64,000 nt of DNA from the IMG/VR virus record IMGVR_UViG_3300046821_000134, positions 1 through 64,000 of that record; one strand, 5' to 3'. This DNA comes from a virus. The notes below the pieces were generated by a model. It was not told the origin of the DNA. It saw only the letters and a list, made by a program, of their open reading frames with translations, and made no database searches. Positions 9,626 to 19,262 of this stretch are shown here, in pieces; within the stretch, counting starts at the first letter, position 1, and each line of letters begins with the position of its first letter. Made by a program: the position numbers and the translations under genes.

Positions 9626-9984
9626 TTTACTCTCCGAATGTCAACAGACTCAGAATAATATCCGTTACTTGTGCCATACCAACGGATATCAACATACCCC
9701 TTGATTGTAGCAAGTTTATAGAATGTCCATGTCTCAGAGTCCCCGTGAGGCTTCTCGTTCTCGTTAGTCACCTCTTCTGCTAACAGAATAGGGCTTCCAA
9801 CAAGATCATTCAAATCTCCACAGATATCTTCAATAGATACATACTCACAACAATCCTGCCTGTGGAACATTTCATATTGTTCCAAGCTCTCTGCTGTAAA
9901 TACGATGTAGTCCTCCCCGTTACGATCTTCTCTCACTACACTAAGGAACGTCTTACCAAGAAATTCTTCAATTGATACCATCAT
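9622..9984 (-). CDS. conserved phage protein
   Basis: HRQDCCE.V.IEDI.GDL..L.G, TWTFYKLATIKG.V.IRWYG.SNGYYSE. Confidence 0.85.
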   Translation of the reverse strand: MMVSIEEFLGKTFLSVVREDRNGEDYIVFTAESLEQYEMFHRQDCCEYVSIEDICGDLNDLVGSPILLAEEVTNENEKPHGDSETWTFYKLATIKGYVDIRWYGTSNGYYSESVDIRRVK

Positions 9985-10283
9985 TGCCCCCCAAGTTCTT
10001 CATACGTGGATACGTCGCCATTCTCTTCCTTCTTCTCGTCTTCGTATCCTGCAGCAGCACGACGATACAGCTCCATCTTAACACAATCCAGCACGCCTAC
10101 AAGCATGTTAATCTTGCGGTAGGAGACGCCATTGCGTAGATGTGCCCCGAGAAGGGACGTGATGACGTAGTTGAGGTCACCAGCTTCCCCTTCTGTTCCT
10201 ACAGAATACAAATGGAGAGTGGTACGCAAGTTGCGTAGGCTGTCTTCAAGGTTGTTACGTTGTTCTTGCTTGATGTATGGCAT
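9981..10283 (-). CDS. conserved phage protein (MPYIK..R...GDLNY...ELYRR family)
   Basis: Motif pattern; ATGA overlap with next gene. Confidence 0.8.
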   Translation of the reverse strand: MPYIKQEQRNNLEDSLRNLRTTLHLYSVGTEGEAGDLNYVITSLLGAHLRNGVSYRKINMLVGVLDCVKMELYRRAAAGYEDEKKEENGDVSTYEELGGQ

Positions 10284-10287
10284 ATTA

Positions 10288-11010
10288 TTATCCTCTCTTC
10301 ATCTTTTCAATCTGAAGCTCACGTTGAGCAAAGAAGATAATCTTTTCAAGATCGTACACACTATCTTCGTACCCCTTCTTAGCTTTACCTTTCTTTGCTG
10401 CACAGATGCGCCAGATAGCCTTGAAAATATTTCCTTCACTGAACGACATATCCAAGGCTTCAATTACATCCTGACACTCTACAGTATATGGATCGCCAGC
10501 AGAGACAGGGTTTGATACATCCACTTTGTAGTAGCTTGATGACCCTCCTGTATATTCTGGAACAGGCTCCTCAACCACCTCTGGCACTGGTTTATGAGCC
10601 ATGTTTTTATCATACTCCCCATTATCTACGCTATCCCAGAAGGCGTAGCCATGCCTTGTTCCGTCCCATGTAAACGCATCTACCAAGTATTCTGCATCGC
10701 TGAAGTTGATACCCCTATGCTTCTCCGTATCAAGAATCACATTACGCAAGGCAGAGAGAGCCCCCTCATTAAGAACGTCCTTGTAGGCATTCCACAGCTC
10801 AGGGGCGATGTCTTCTGGAGAGGTGGGTTTTGTGGCCTCTTTCACGACACGATAAGCAACTATGTCTCCCCCAAGATTAATGTGATCCCATCGAAGGTCT
10901 CCTGCAATTCCTAAACCGGGACTCCCCGTTCGTGTTTCATATTCAACTCCAGTTTGTTTAGGAACAGGGCATTCCCCGCCTTCCCATTTGATCCATTCAC
11001 TCTTTTCCAT
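10288..11010 (-). CDS. DUF3310-like protein with N-terminal W.GGECPV module
   Basis: Start MEKSEW after AGGAG; C-terminal GGSSSYY...EC.DVIEAL.M.F.EGNIFKA..R...DLEK. Confidence 0.75.
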   Translation of the reverse strand: MEKSEWIKWEGGECPVPKQTGVEYETRTGSPGLGIAGDLRWDHINLGGDIVAYRVVKEATKPTSPEDIAPELWNAYKDVLNEGALSALRNVILDTEKHRGINFSDAEYLVDAFTWDGTRHGYAFWDSVDNGEYDKNMAHKPVPEVVEEPVPEYTGGSSSYYKVDVSNPVSAGDPYTVECQDVIEALDMSFSEGNIFKAIWRICAAKKGKAKKGYEDSVYDLEKIIFFAQRELQIEKMKRG

Positions 11011-11114
11011 GTTTCTTCTCCTTTCGTGCTGCAACCTTGGCAGCCATTTCATTGAGCCTGAGAGCAATACGCTCCCTGTTAATATTCATTGCATCCTGTG
11101 TAGGAGTGTAATCG

Positions 11115-11291
11115 TTAAGGAAGTGTTTCCATATAAGCCAGCACTTGTTGTAAGTGCTGCTCTGTAAGGACATCATAGGATAAGTAGCACCAACAGTCAA
11201 GCTCCAGAGAGATATAAATCTCTCCGATGCAGGTGTTGGAGTCAGCCGCCACTATCTCTATGTAATCTTGATTAGGGATGAATTGGAGCAT
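11115..11291 (-). CDS. small hypothetical protein
   Basis: GAGGAG RBS before MLQFIP. Confidence 0.55.
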   Translation of the reverse strand: MLQFIPNQDYIEIVAADSNTCIGEIYISLELDCWCYLSYDVLTEQHLQQVLAYMETLP

Positions 11292-11467
11292 GCTATTCTC
11301 CTCGCACAATTTCCAAAAACTGTCCGGGCTTTAAGGTGAATACAGATTGCCAATTATGAACACTTCCGTGTTCAGCGTATACGAAGAATACTCCTGCTTC
11401 AAAGCGAATCCCGGCACAGATTATATCTGTTACGACGATTCCGTTTTCGGTTATTTGGTAGTGCATG

Positions 11468-13207
11468 TTAGAACCCTTTATTGTTATTACTCATCCAATC
11501 ATCAAAATCATGAAGTCGGTGTGTAAGGTTATCGTAGAATAAACAGCCAGCAGGGCCAGTTTGTCCAGACCACCGGCATTTCAACAATAAAAGGTATGTT
11601 GTATTACGAACAATAGGGTCTTCATTAGCCTTATCTCGTCCAGCTACTAAAATCCAAGCAGCAGACTTCGAAAGAGTAGATGAGCCATGCAGGCCAGACT
11701 CGTTCCCTAGCGCGCCAGCACTCCCATCTTTCTCTCCTGTCCCGGTTTTACGCTGGTGAGATACGTTAATGATGCAGCAATCGTAACGATTTACAATACT
11801 CTTTTGCCATTTCATCAAAACAGCCTGTTCGTCTGTAGTTAGCCCATCAAACATGTCGGAGATAGTATCAACAACGACCACCTTACACCCACAAGCAATT
11901 ACCAGTTGCTCAATAGCTGACTTAAGGCTCTCTACGTCCCCGTCCCGGTCATCCACCACCATCCACCTATCTGTTCCATCCTCATTGAAGAATAGTTCCT
12001 TCTGTAACTCTACCGTTCGTTCAGATCGAAGAACAGTTAACTTGTCTGCTTGAGATAGATTTCCAAGTTTAATCTCAATATGACGGGATAACATAAGCTC
12101 TCCATATTGGCCTTTGTTCTGCTCCATGCTCACAACACCCATCTTATATGGAGAGCTGAATATCCAGTCATAGATGCACTCATTAACAATTGTACTCTTG
12201 GACTGCCCTGTAAAAGCACTTATCACGCCTACAGTGCCTAATGGAATTCCGTCGGCGGTCATCTGGTTCAGTGTCTTCATGAACGAAGGTAGGCGCAACT
12301 TTGGTCGCAGAGCTTCCTCAATAACCGCGTCGTATAGCTCCCCACTGCCTACAATTCCAGTAGGAAGATGTGGGCGGGCTTTCCAGAAATCATCAATAAA
12401 TTCGTGCTCTTTGCCAAGACGGATGTACTCATCAGCATCCTTATATCTCATCTTCATGATGTGCCCCTTACCTGCAGGCAGTACGTTACAAATGTCTTCA
12501 TTGGCCTTCTTTCCAGTCTCATCATTATCCATACATACAATGATCTTTGAAAACTGAGAGAAGAAATCATATTGAGCTTGAACTTGTTTGAACGCACCAT
12601 TTTCGCCAGTAGTGGGGCAAACTACAGCTACTGTCTCATACTCCTCCTTTCCACGTGCCCTTTGGTTATCAAGAAGCATTTGGTAAGCCGCTCGTTGTTT
12701 TATCTCTCCGCCTACAATAAGAACTGTACGAGAGTGACTACTGAAACGAAACTGCCCAATAAGGTCGCACTCTTTCCCTACAACACCTATCGGATGCTTG
12801 AAGTCTTTTGGGAACACCCTGGTCTTATATCCTACCAGCTTACCTCTAATTGTAGTCGGTACAAACTCCTTAATCGGCTCTCCTGTTTCTTCACTGTATT
12901 GATACCTAACACCAAAAAAGACATTTATATCCTTACGAATTCCTCTAAAGCCTTTTCCATCCGTGCCTGTATAGCTTTTAATATCTTCGTTCTGTTCCTC
13001 TGTAATTGGATCGCGTGTTGCCACTTCAACCTCCTTTTCTAATTTATTATCTCCGTTCTCGGCAAGCCACTGTTCAGACGGAATAGTGTACCCGCAAGAG
13101 AAACAGTATTTGGAGTTATCCTCATATACTACAAGATTGTCACCGCTCCTGTCTGCCCCCTTCCCTCTACACTTAGGGCATACCTCTTTCCTTATGAACT
13201 GTCCCAT
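11468..13207 (-). CDS. T7 gp4-like primase-helicase
   Basis: N-terminal Zn finger CPKC...CFSC; TOPRIM MDND..G, KDADE; SF4 helicase AFTGQSKS, VVVDTI, VSHQRK, KCRWSGQTGP. Confidence 0.95.
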   Translation of the reverse strand: MGQFIRKEVCPKCRGKGADRSGDNLVVYEDNSKYCFSCGYTIPSEQWLAENGDNKLEKEVEVATRDPITEEQNEDIKSYTGTDGKGFRGIRKDINVFFGVRYQYSEETGEPIKEFVPTTIRGKLVGYKTRVFPKDFKHPIGVVGKECDLIGQFRFSSHSRTVLIVGGEIKQRAAYQMLLDNQRARGKEEYETVAVVCPTTGENGAFKQVQAQYDFFSQFSKIIVCMDNDETGKKANEDICNVLPAGKGHIMKMRYKDADEYIRLGKEHEFIDDFWKARPHLPTGIVGSGELYDAVIEEALRPKLRLPSFMKTLNQMTADGIPLGTVGVISAFTGQSKSTIVNECIYDWIFSSPYKMGVVSMEQNKGQYGELMLSRHIEIKLGNLSQADKLTVLRSERTVELQKELFFNEDGTDRWMVVDDRDGDVESLKSAIEQLVIACGCKVVVVDTISDMFDGLTTDEQAVLMKWQKSIVNRYDCCIINVSHQRKTGTGEKDGSAGALGNESGLHGSSTLSKSAAWILVAGRDKANEDPIVRNTTYLLLLKCRWSGQTGPAGCLFYDNLTHRLHDFDDWMSNNNKGF

Positions 13208-13209
13208 AA

Positions 13210-13578
13210 TTATGAAGTTCCTCTACTCATAAACTTCAGCGCCTGCCTCAGCGAATGGATCATCTCGTCTTTCTTCTCAATAGTATCTGCAGCCTCCTTC
13301 ACAAAATGAAACATCGCCGCATCAAGGTTAATTGCCTTGAATTCATTAGCCCTTGCAATATCTAATGCCGCTGCTCTGTCACACCAGAAAGCCTTATACT
13401 TATCAGTAATAACAAGGTAATCCCCAAGAATATCATGAAGATTGTCGCCGAATCCCGGATTCCCTTTAACGTGCATGGGCAGTATTCCGTGGGATGATGC
13501 AATCTCCCAGAATAAGTTCTTAATACTGGGCTTAGAGCAGTATTTAGATGTTTTAATCATAATGTATGGCTTACTCAT
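13210..13578 (-). CDS. hypothetical protein
   Basis: Packed ORF. Confidence 0.6.
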   Translation of the reverse strand: MSKPYIMIKTSKYCSKPSIKNLFWEIASSHGILPMHVKGNPGFGDNLHDILGDYLVITDKYKAFWCDRAAALDIARANEFKAINLDAAMFHFVKEAADTIEKKDEMIHSLRQALKFMSRGTS

Positions 13579-13732
13579 CAACCCCACTCACTTTCCATCT
13601 GGGCTTCCGCACTAACCCCTTCCTCCCAAGCATCCTTGTACAGATTCTTAAGCCTGAACATAATATCTCGTTGCCTCTGTGTCTGTGCAAGAGATAGACA
13701 TTCTTGCCAATAGTCCTCAAATGATTGTCCCA

Positions 13733-14095
13733 TCATTGCTCCTTTTTCATTGAACGAATAGCTTCTCGTAGGTTATTAGCAACAACTCCAAATTGTCCGT
13801 CTGGCAGAACACATTCAAGAGTAGTCTTTCCACTACTCATCTTTCCAATCCAACAAGGGTGTTCTTGCAGAAAATCCAAAGCACTCCTAAGCCTTCCTGC
13901 CTCTAAAGTGAATTGCTGTAGCAAAGCTGTTTGCATTTCATACTTAGATTCAAGCATTTCAATTCTTCTAGCGGCCTCCTCCAACAAATCAGCCAGCCTA
14001 TCAGGCTTATTCTCCTGTACAGATTTCCGTGTAGGAATCTGCCTACGAATATAGGCTCGCACTCTGAGACGTTCCACTAAGGATTGTTCTTCCAT
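13733..14095 (-). CDS. hypothetical phage protein
   Basis: Start MEEQSL after GAGGAG; LVERLR.RA.IRRQI..RKSVQE..PDRLADLLEEAA motif. Confidence 0.7.
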   Translation of the reverse strand: MEEQSLVERLRVRAYIRRQIPTRKSVQENKPDRLADLLEEAARRIEMLESKYEMQTALLQQFTLEAGRLRSALDFLQEHPCWIGKMSSGKTTLECVLPDGQFGVVANNLREAIRSMKKEQ

Positions 14096-14289
14096 GTTAA
14101 GTCTCCTCTTCGTCAATAGGTAAGGGTAGGTCTTCCCACACAATACTATCATACTCCAGCCCATTAGACGCAGCATCACTTGATCCTGTAAACAAAATCT
14201 CTGCCCCGTTTTCCTGTATTAAGCGAATAATAGACTCCTGAGCTGGCCTAAAATGATCCCCTACAACAAGAACTCTCATATTTTCTCCT

Positions 14290-14568
14290 TTAAGTGGTCT
14301 TTTTAAATTGACGTAAGAGGAGAGTGGTAACCGCTTCTGTGAAATCAGCTTCTGTCGTCGGCAAGGGGGATTCCTCGATATTACACAGTGCCCACCTGTC
14401 AAAATCTTCGTAAGTGTCCCCGCACTGTAGCATTCCACGATTGTTGATACGCCACACCCTTCCTTGCCCCTTAAGATAAAACCAGTCGTGTTGCCGTCTT
14501 CCTCCGAAGTGTGGGCGGAGGTTGTTTTTCTTGCACCAGTGTTTCCATTGTTTAGGCAGTTTAATCAT
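14290..14568 (-). CDS. hypothetical protein
   Basis: GGAG RBS; ATGA overlap. Confidence 0.65.
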   Translation of the reverse strand: MIKLPKQWKHWCKKNNLRPHFGGRRQHDWFYLKGQGRVWRINNRGMLQCGDTYEDFDRWALCNIEESPLPTTEADFTEAVTTLLLRQFKKTT

Positions 14569-15038
14569 CGCTTCTCCCTTAAAAATTTATGGTTCCCTAT
14601 CACCGTCTCCACCATGAATGCCTTCATCCAAACTGTCTTCACTTTTACGTTGGTGTAATGTGTGATTCCCTTTAGAAAATCCTGTCTGTTTCCGTTGTAC
14701 TCATCTCGTAGCAGACGTACAGCTATTTCCTTCTGTTTGGCGTGGTATTTCCATTGGTAATTACGCGTGTAAAAGGAGAACTGGTAGGGATGTGCCACAA
14801 CGCTACAAACGTCGCTACTTCCTTGGCGCAATCTGTTCAGGATTACGTGTCCGACGGCCTCTTGTCCCTTCGTTGGTTCTCCCCTTGCTTCAGCCCATAT
14901 GGCCCCTGCGAGGCATTCAATCTCTGAGCTGGCTATCACTCTACCTCCATGTCCCTTTGGTCGCTCTGGAGAGCCTATAAAGGGTGGGTAGAGGGATAGC
15001 CAGAGAATACATCCTAAGACAACCAATCGCAAGCACAT
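14565..15038 (-). CDS. SleB/Hydrolase_2-family cell wall hydrolase
   Basis: CLA.AI..EARGE...GQ.AV..VILNR, QFS, IGNHKF; N-terminal hydrophobic anchor. Confidence 0.9.
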   Translation of the reverse strand: MCLRLVVLGCILWLSLYPPFIGSPERPKGHGGRVIASSEIECLAGAIWAEARGEPTKGQEAVGHVILNRLRQGSSDVCSVVAHPYQFSFYTRNYQWKYHAKQKEIAVRLLRDEYNGNRQDFLKGITHYTNVKVKTVWMKAFMVETVIGNHKFLREKR

Positions 15039-15189
15039 TCCTCCTCGTCATCGTATCGTCGTCGTGGAGAGACGTAGAAGCTGACGTCTGTCTCCTCGAA
15101 GCCTTCGGTGCAATGATAGCACACAACAACATTGTCCTCAAGCTCATCGAGCGAAAGAGGGGCACGGCAGCATGTACAGGATTTTTGCA

Positions 15190-15627
15190 TCAGACTGCCT
15201 TTTTCTTGGGGATGAGGAGTTGTGCTATAGCGTAATCTTCGGAAGGGAACCCTACTTCTTCCAACCAACTGTTCAGAGCCTTCTTGGCCTCTTTCTTTGT
15301 TTTAGCTACGAACGTATTTCCCCCGTACCCTCCGCCAATTATATCTCCGCAGGGTTGCATAGCATGCCAGTGCCAAACACAATACCGTACATCATGGCTA
15401 CATACAATCTCATAATCTTCTTGTTTGTTAGAAGCCCTTGTGTACGAGTCAGCTGCCCACTCAGTGCTACACAGATAATCAATCAACTTCTGTGCATCCT
15501 TCTTCTTGTAGAATACAGCATAGCCATCTTTGTCCTCCTTATCCTGATGGATGTAAGAGGGGTCAATGCACAGGGAGCCTTCTGGATACTCTGCACATGG
15601 CTTAAGGAACACTTGATACGTTTTCAT
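15190..15627 (-). CDS. hypothetical protein
   Basis: AAGGAG RBS. Confidence 0.7.
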   Translation of the reverse strand: MKTYQVFLKPCAEYPEGSLCIDPSYIHQDKEDKDGYAVFYKKKDAQKLIDYLCSTEWAADSYTRASNKQEDYEIVCSHDVRYCVWHWHAMQPCGDIIGGGYGGNTFVAKTKKEAKKALNSWLEEVGFPSEDYAIAQLLIPKKKAV

Positions 15628-15914
15628 TTGGGTTCTCCTTTATTCAGATATTGCCTCAAAGCATCACAAGCTTCTGTCAAGTAGTGCTCACGTTCGTCGT
15701 CCATAAAGATTCCATCACCTTTTGGACTAGCTTGATACACAGTGTAGCCTCCAGCATCAGGGCTGTCAACATAGAACCTTCCGTGCCGTAGCCGGAAGTA
15801 GCCTACTTGCCCTTCTCCGATGTAGGCATCGTATTGCTCGGGGCATGCGTAGCATGTTAGTACGAGGGTGAACTCCCCTATCTTGATGCAAGGCGCTTCG
15901 TATTCTTCAGACAT
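15624..15914 (-). CDS. conserved phage protein (ACPEQYD...GY.RLRHG family)
   Basis: Motif; first gene after the leftward promoter. Confidence 0.8.
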   Translation of the reverse strand: MSEEYEAPCIKIGEFTLVLTCYACPEQYDAYIGEGQVGYFRLRHGRFYVDSPDAGGYTVYQASPKGDGIFMDDEREHYLTEACDALRQYLNKGEPK

Positions 15915-15947
15915 TGTTATCCCTTTCTCTTTTAGTACAGTACATCC

Positions 15948-15976
15948 ATTCTATAACACGTATTCCAGTTTGTCAA
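15948..15976 (-). promoter_or_regulatory. leftward sigma70 promoter
   Basis: TTGACA-17-TAGAAT. Confidence 0.8.
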
Positions 15977-16016
15977 TCTCTTTGTAACTATTTCTGTGGT
16001 TTACTTTGATAGCCTA

Positions 16017-16044
16017 TTGACTTCTTGTGTTTTAGGGGTATAAT
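16017..16044 (+). promoter_or_regulatory. rightward sigma70 promoter driving a non-coding region
   Basis: TTGACT-16-TATAAT. Confidence 0.75.
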
Positions 16045-16050
16045 AGAGGT

Positions 16051-16428
16051 ATGGAGTGGAAGATGCCTTGTAGGCATTCCCCTTCTTCTTGATGTGTGTG
16101 TCGGATTGCTTACGCTTCGCACATCTCGTAGCCGTAAAGGAAACCTACATAGCGGCAAGGCTGGGTATCGGGATAAGTGGCTGAGTTTTCGGTGATGACT
16201 TTTTGTTAGTCTGATCTTCACAGTATATCGTGGGCTACGTCCTCTGCAATGAGCCTGTAGGAAGTGGATTGAGAGTTCCATAAACATTGCGGATTGTTGT
16301 TGATAGGTCTCAGCCTTGATATGACCACATTCTGGCTCCGGGGATGATACGGAAAAGGAAATGCAAAGACACTGCTCCTGCCCTCTGCCTATACGGCTTT
16401 GGGTAGGGGCATCTTTGCATTTCTTTCA
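16051..16428 (+). ncRNA. candidate structured ncRNA (~370 nt, two pseudoknot-type pairings)
   Basis: No credible ORF; promoter upstream; many nested and crossing helices; ends in a 12-bp stem plus TTTC. Confidence 0.55.
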
Positions 16429-16509
16429 CCAAAGATGATATGTAAAGTAATGATTATAAAGAACTATTAAGTATACTTAATAAGTAAACAATAAAGAGTT
16501 TCTTAAAGG

Positions 16510-16537
16510 TTGACAAACAAGAAAAAGAAGATAGAAT
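16510..16537 (+). promoter_or_regulatory. sigma70 promoter for the replication operon
   Basis: TTGACA-16-TAGAAT downstream of an AT-rich tract. Confidence 0.7.
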
Positions 16538-16570
16538 GGGTACATGCCTTAACGAAGAAGGGATTTCCCA

Positions 16571-16798
16571 ATGACCCTCCAACAACACCAAGCCTTACGT
16601 GCCTCTCTCCAGCAGAGAGGGTTTTCCTCATTACAATCCTATCGTGACAGCTTGTGTGCTCAGTACGGGCTGTCTGAAGACACAGCAGCATTCTATTTTA
16701 GTTGTTGCACAACGCCAGATGATGTGCTAACATGGATACATGAGATTATGATTCAGCACATGATTAACTGGAAAGTAAAGGAGAAGAATAATGGCTAA
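16571..16798 (+). CDS. hypothetical protein
   Basis: ORF after promoter, overlaps next gene. Confidence 0.55.
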   Translation: MTLQQHQALRASLQQRGFSSLQSYRDSLCAQYGLSEDTAAFYFSCCTTPDDVLTWIHEIMIQHMINWKVKEKNNG

Positions 16799-17381
16799 AT
16801 TCAAGGTCGGTGATAAGGTGAGGTGTGTTGAGGCAGAAGACTGCGACTACGAGATTGTCGAAGGAGAGGTTTACACTGTCACCGACACGCATGAAAAAGG
16901 CGTTGAAATTGGAGGAGAGTTTAAACGTTTGGGGTGTTTCTTCAAGCCAAATCGCTTCGAGCTTGTAGAAGAAGCCCCTGTCGATGCCAAGCCGCCAACA
17001 TTTGATCTTCGGAACACAAAGATCGATGTGAAAGCCTATTCTAAGAAGCACGGGATTACGCTGGAAAAGGCGCACGAAGAGATTCAAAGTTGGTTGCTTG
17101 AGAATGGTGCTAGCTGGGACGTGTACCCAGAGCATGGCATCCGTAATGACGAAGCTGAAGCCCTGTTTGTTAATAGATTTCTACATCTTAGTTATTACTA
17201 TGAAGTTGATCTTAACTTCTATGCAATGTACACAGAAAAAGAAATCACCCTCTCTCGCCAAGTGGTGCTCACCCCGTCTTATGTTGAAGAAGAGCTTGTA
17301 GAGTTTTGCGGGAAGATGTATAATAAGCGAGAGTTCTTGTCTGCTATTGCTAATGTGAAGGAGAAAACAAATGAGTGTTAA
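16791..17381 (+). CDS. hypothetical protein (MAKFKVGDKV N-terminal module)
   Basis: AAGGAG RBS. Confidence 0.75.
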   Translation: MAKFKVGDKVRCVEAEDCDYEIVEGEVYTVTDTHEKGVEIGGEFKRLGCFFKPNRFELVEEAPVDAKPPTFDLRNTKIDVKAYSKKHGITLEKAHEEIQSWLLENGASWDVYPEHGIRNDEAEALFVNRFLHLSYYYEVDLNFYAMYTEKEITLSRQVVLTPSYVEEELVEFCGKMYNKREFLSAIANVKEKTNEC

Positions 17382-17982
17382 CAAACAGAAGAAACTTGCT
17401 GACAAGATTCTTGATAAATTGTTTCTTATTGACCCCTACTCAATTGTAGCAGGCGGGGCACCCCGTGATTGGCATTTTGGAGAGATGGCTACCGATATCG
17501 ATGTGTTTTTCTGTGTTGGAAGAACCGCCACCCGCGGTACAGTAGAACAGATGTTATCTTGCTTCCTCCCCGAGCCAGATAGTTTTGTAAGTGAGGATGA
17601 TCTCCCGGTCTCGTACGAGAAAAACAGCGCGCTACGTTGCGTCAGGAGCTATACTGTTGAGGAAACAAGTGTTCAGTTGATTGAGCTGCACACCCCCTCT
17701 TTTGATATTGTTGGCACATTCCCAGTAAATATGTCTAAGGTTTGGTACAAAAATGGAAGAATAACTCTTGAAAGAGATTTTATGATCGGAGAGAAAACAA
17801 AGCTCCTGTATCTTACAAATCCTTTGTATGCAAAGGCGGATAAGTATGTGAAGAAAATTACTGAGAAGTTTGTAGTAGGCAAGGGGTATAGCTGGTGTCA
17901 AACCAGAGAGTTTGCTGAAGAGCGCCTGATCAAAGAAGCGCTAGGCTATAACATTACTGGTAACGAAGGAGAAAACAAATGA
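17371..17982 (+). CDS. Pol-beta-fold nucleotidyltransferase (CCA-adding/poly(A) polymerase head-like)
   Basis: VAGGAPRD...TDIDVF motif. Confidence 0.75.
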   Translation: MSVNKQKKLADKILDKLFLIDPYSIVAGGAPRDWHFGEMATDIDVFFCVGRTATRGTVEQMLSCFLPEPDSFVSEDDLPVSYEKNSALRCVRSYTVEETSVQLIELHTPSFDIVGTFPVNMSKVWYKNGRITLERDFMIGEKTKLLYLTNPLYAKADKYVKKITEKFVVGKGYSWCQTREFAEERLIKEALGYNITGNEGENK

Positions 17983-18356
17983 ATGAAACACTGCAAAAAA
18001 CGCTTGCCGTAATGATTGAGAAGGCCATCTCTGGGATTGACACAGCCACAAATTTCCTTGCTGCTGAGATTCCTGATGTGATTCATCAGTTGTTGATGTG
18101 GAATCTGACATATAGTTTTTTAAAAGCATCCCTCTGTTTTGCGATTGTTGTCGCTATTGTGTATTTTGCCTACCATGGCGAGAAGAAACTACACGCCGAG
18201 GGGGATCATGTATCAAAAGGATATCCTACATTTGTTGCAGCAGTTCTTATTGCAGGGCCTTTTTGTGGGTTGTGTTCTTCAGTTACAGAAGCATTGAAGA
18301 TTTGGATTGCCCCTAAAGTGTGGTTGATTGAATATGCAGTAGAGTTGGTGAAGTGA
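17979..18356 (+). CDS. membrane protein
   Basis: Two hydrophobic segments; EIPDVIHQLL.W and KIWIAPKVWLIEY motifs. Confidence 0.8.
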   Translation: MNETLQKTLAVMIEKAISGIDTATNFLAAEIPDVIHQLLMWNLTYSFLKASLCFAIVVAIVYFAYHGEKKLHAEGDHVSKGYPTFVAAVLIAGPFCGLCSSVTEALKIWIAPKVWLIEYAVELVK

Positions 18357-18357
18357 T

Positions 18358-18588
18358 ATGGAATACAGACTCCCTAACTGGGACACTACGTTTGATGTCA
18401 ACGACTTCTACGCAGCATGGGATGCCTTGAGTGTTCCATTTGAGAAAATGGGATTCAAACTGGTTTCTTACAGCCCGGGGCTTTGTTTCTCTTATGGACA
18501 GTATGGGAGAACGTTTGAGATTCCTGCTTGTGTGGCGGCTATTATTGTAGAAAGATTACAGGGTGTTGTGGATGTGAAGGAGGGGTGA
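18358..18588 (+). CDS. hypothetical protein
   Basis: Packed ORF. Confidence 0.6.
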   Translation: MEYRLPNWDTTFDVNDFYAAWDALSVPFEKMGFKLVSYSPGLCFSYGQYGRTFEIPACVAAIIVERLQGVVDVKEG

Positions 18589-19262
18589 TGGCAAAAGACT
18601 CTGGATTGCGTAAAGGCGACAGATTTGGAAGACTTGTGGTTGATTCATGGGTGAAAGAGAAGCAAGGATGGAGGTGCTTCTGTGATTGCGGTAGTGTTGT
18701 TTTTAAACCAGCCAGCCACCTAAAATGTGGGAGTGTCCTATCTTGTGGATGCTATCGCAAGGAGTGTGATACCTTTAATGGCGGAACAATGTCTTACGAG
18801 TTCTCCTCCTTTATAGCAATGCACTCCAGAGCTGGCGATAAGCTCCAAGAAGGAAGGGTTAAGAGACAATACTACGACCAAGGAATAAGAGTTTGTGAAA
18901 GGTGGAGTTACTCCCTTGAAGGCTTTCAGAATTTTATTACTGATCTTGGAGAAAGACCGGAAGACTACACACTGGAAAGGAAAAATACAAATCTTGGTTA
19001 CTGCCCTGAAAATTGTTGTTGGGAAACTAAAACAAACCAAGCATTTAACAGAACAAAATTCAGGAACAACAAGTCTGGAGTAACAGGTGTATCGTTCGAC
19101 AAGAGTAAAGATAAATGGGTTGCATATATCCATAAGAATAAGGTAAAGTATCTACTCGGGTGTTTCAATTCTTTTGAGGATGCAGTTTCAGCCAGAAAAT
19201 CTGCAGAACTTGAAATTTATCCTGAGAAGATTCAGGACTATATTAGCACACAGGGGGAATAA
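18588..19262 (+). CDS. free-standing HNH homing endonuclease with AP2 domain
   Basis: G.RFGRLVV...W.C.CDCG...SCGC, GIRVCERW...F..D.GERP..YTLER.N...GY.PENC.W; C-terminal N.SGVTGV...KW.A.I AP2 module. Confidence 0.88.
   Translation: MAKDSGLRKGDRFGRLVVDSWVKEKQGWRCFCDCGSVVFKPASHLKCGSVLSCGCYRKECDTFNGGTMSYEFSSFIAMHSRAGDKLQEGRVKRQYYDQGIRVCERWSYSLEGFQNFITDLGERPEDYTLERKNTNLGYCPENCCWETKTNQAFNRTKFRNNKSGVTGVSFDKSKDKWVAYIHKNKVKYLLGCFNSFEDAVSARKSAELEIYPEKIQDYISTQGE

Noticed and set aside
12190-12225. Non-canonical helicase Walker A (AFTGQSKS) as a sign of inactivation
   Set aside because: Lys-Ser and all downstream SF4 motifs are intact; likely family variation
15988-16287. 99-aa - strand ORF across the first ncRNA candidate
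   Set aside because: No RBS, overlaps the promoter region, and its composition is unlike neighbouring genes
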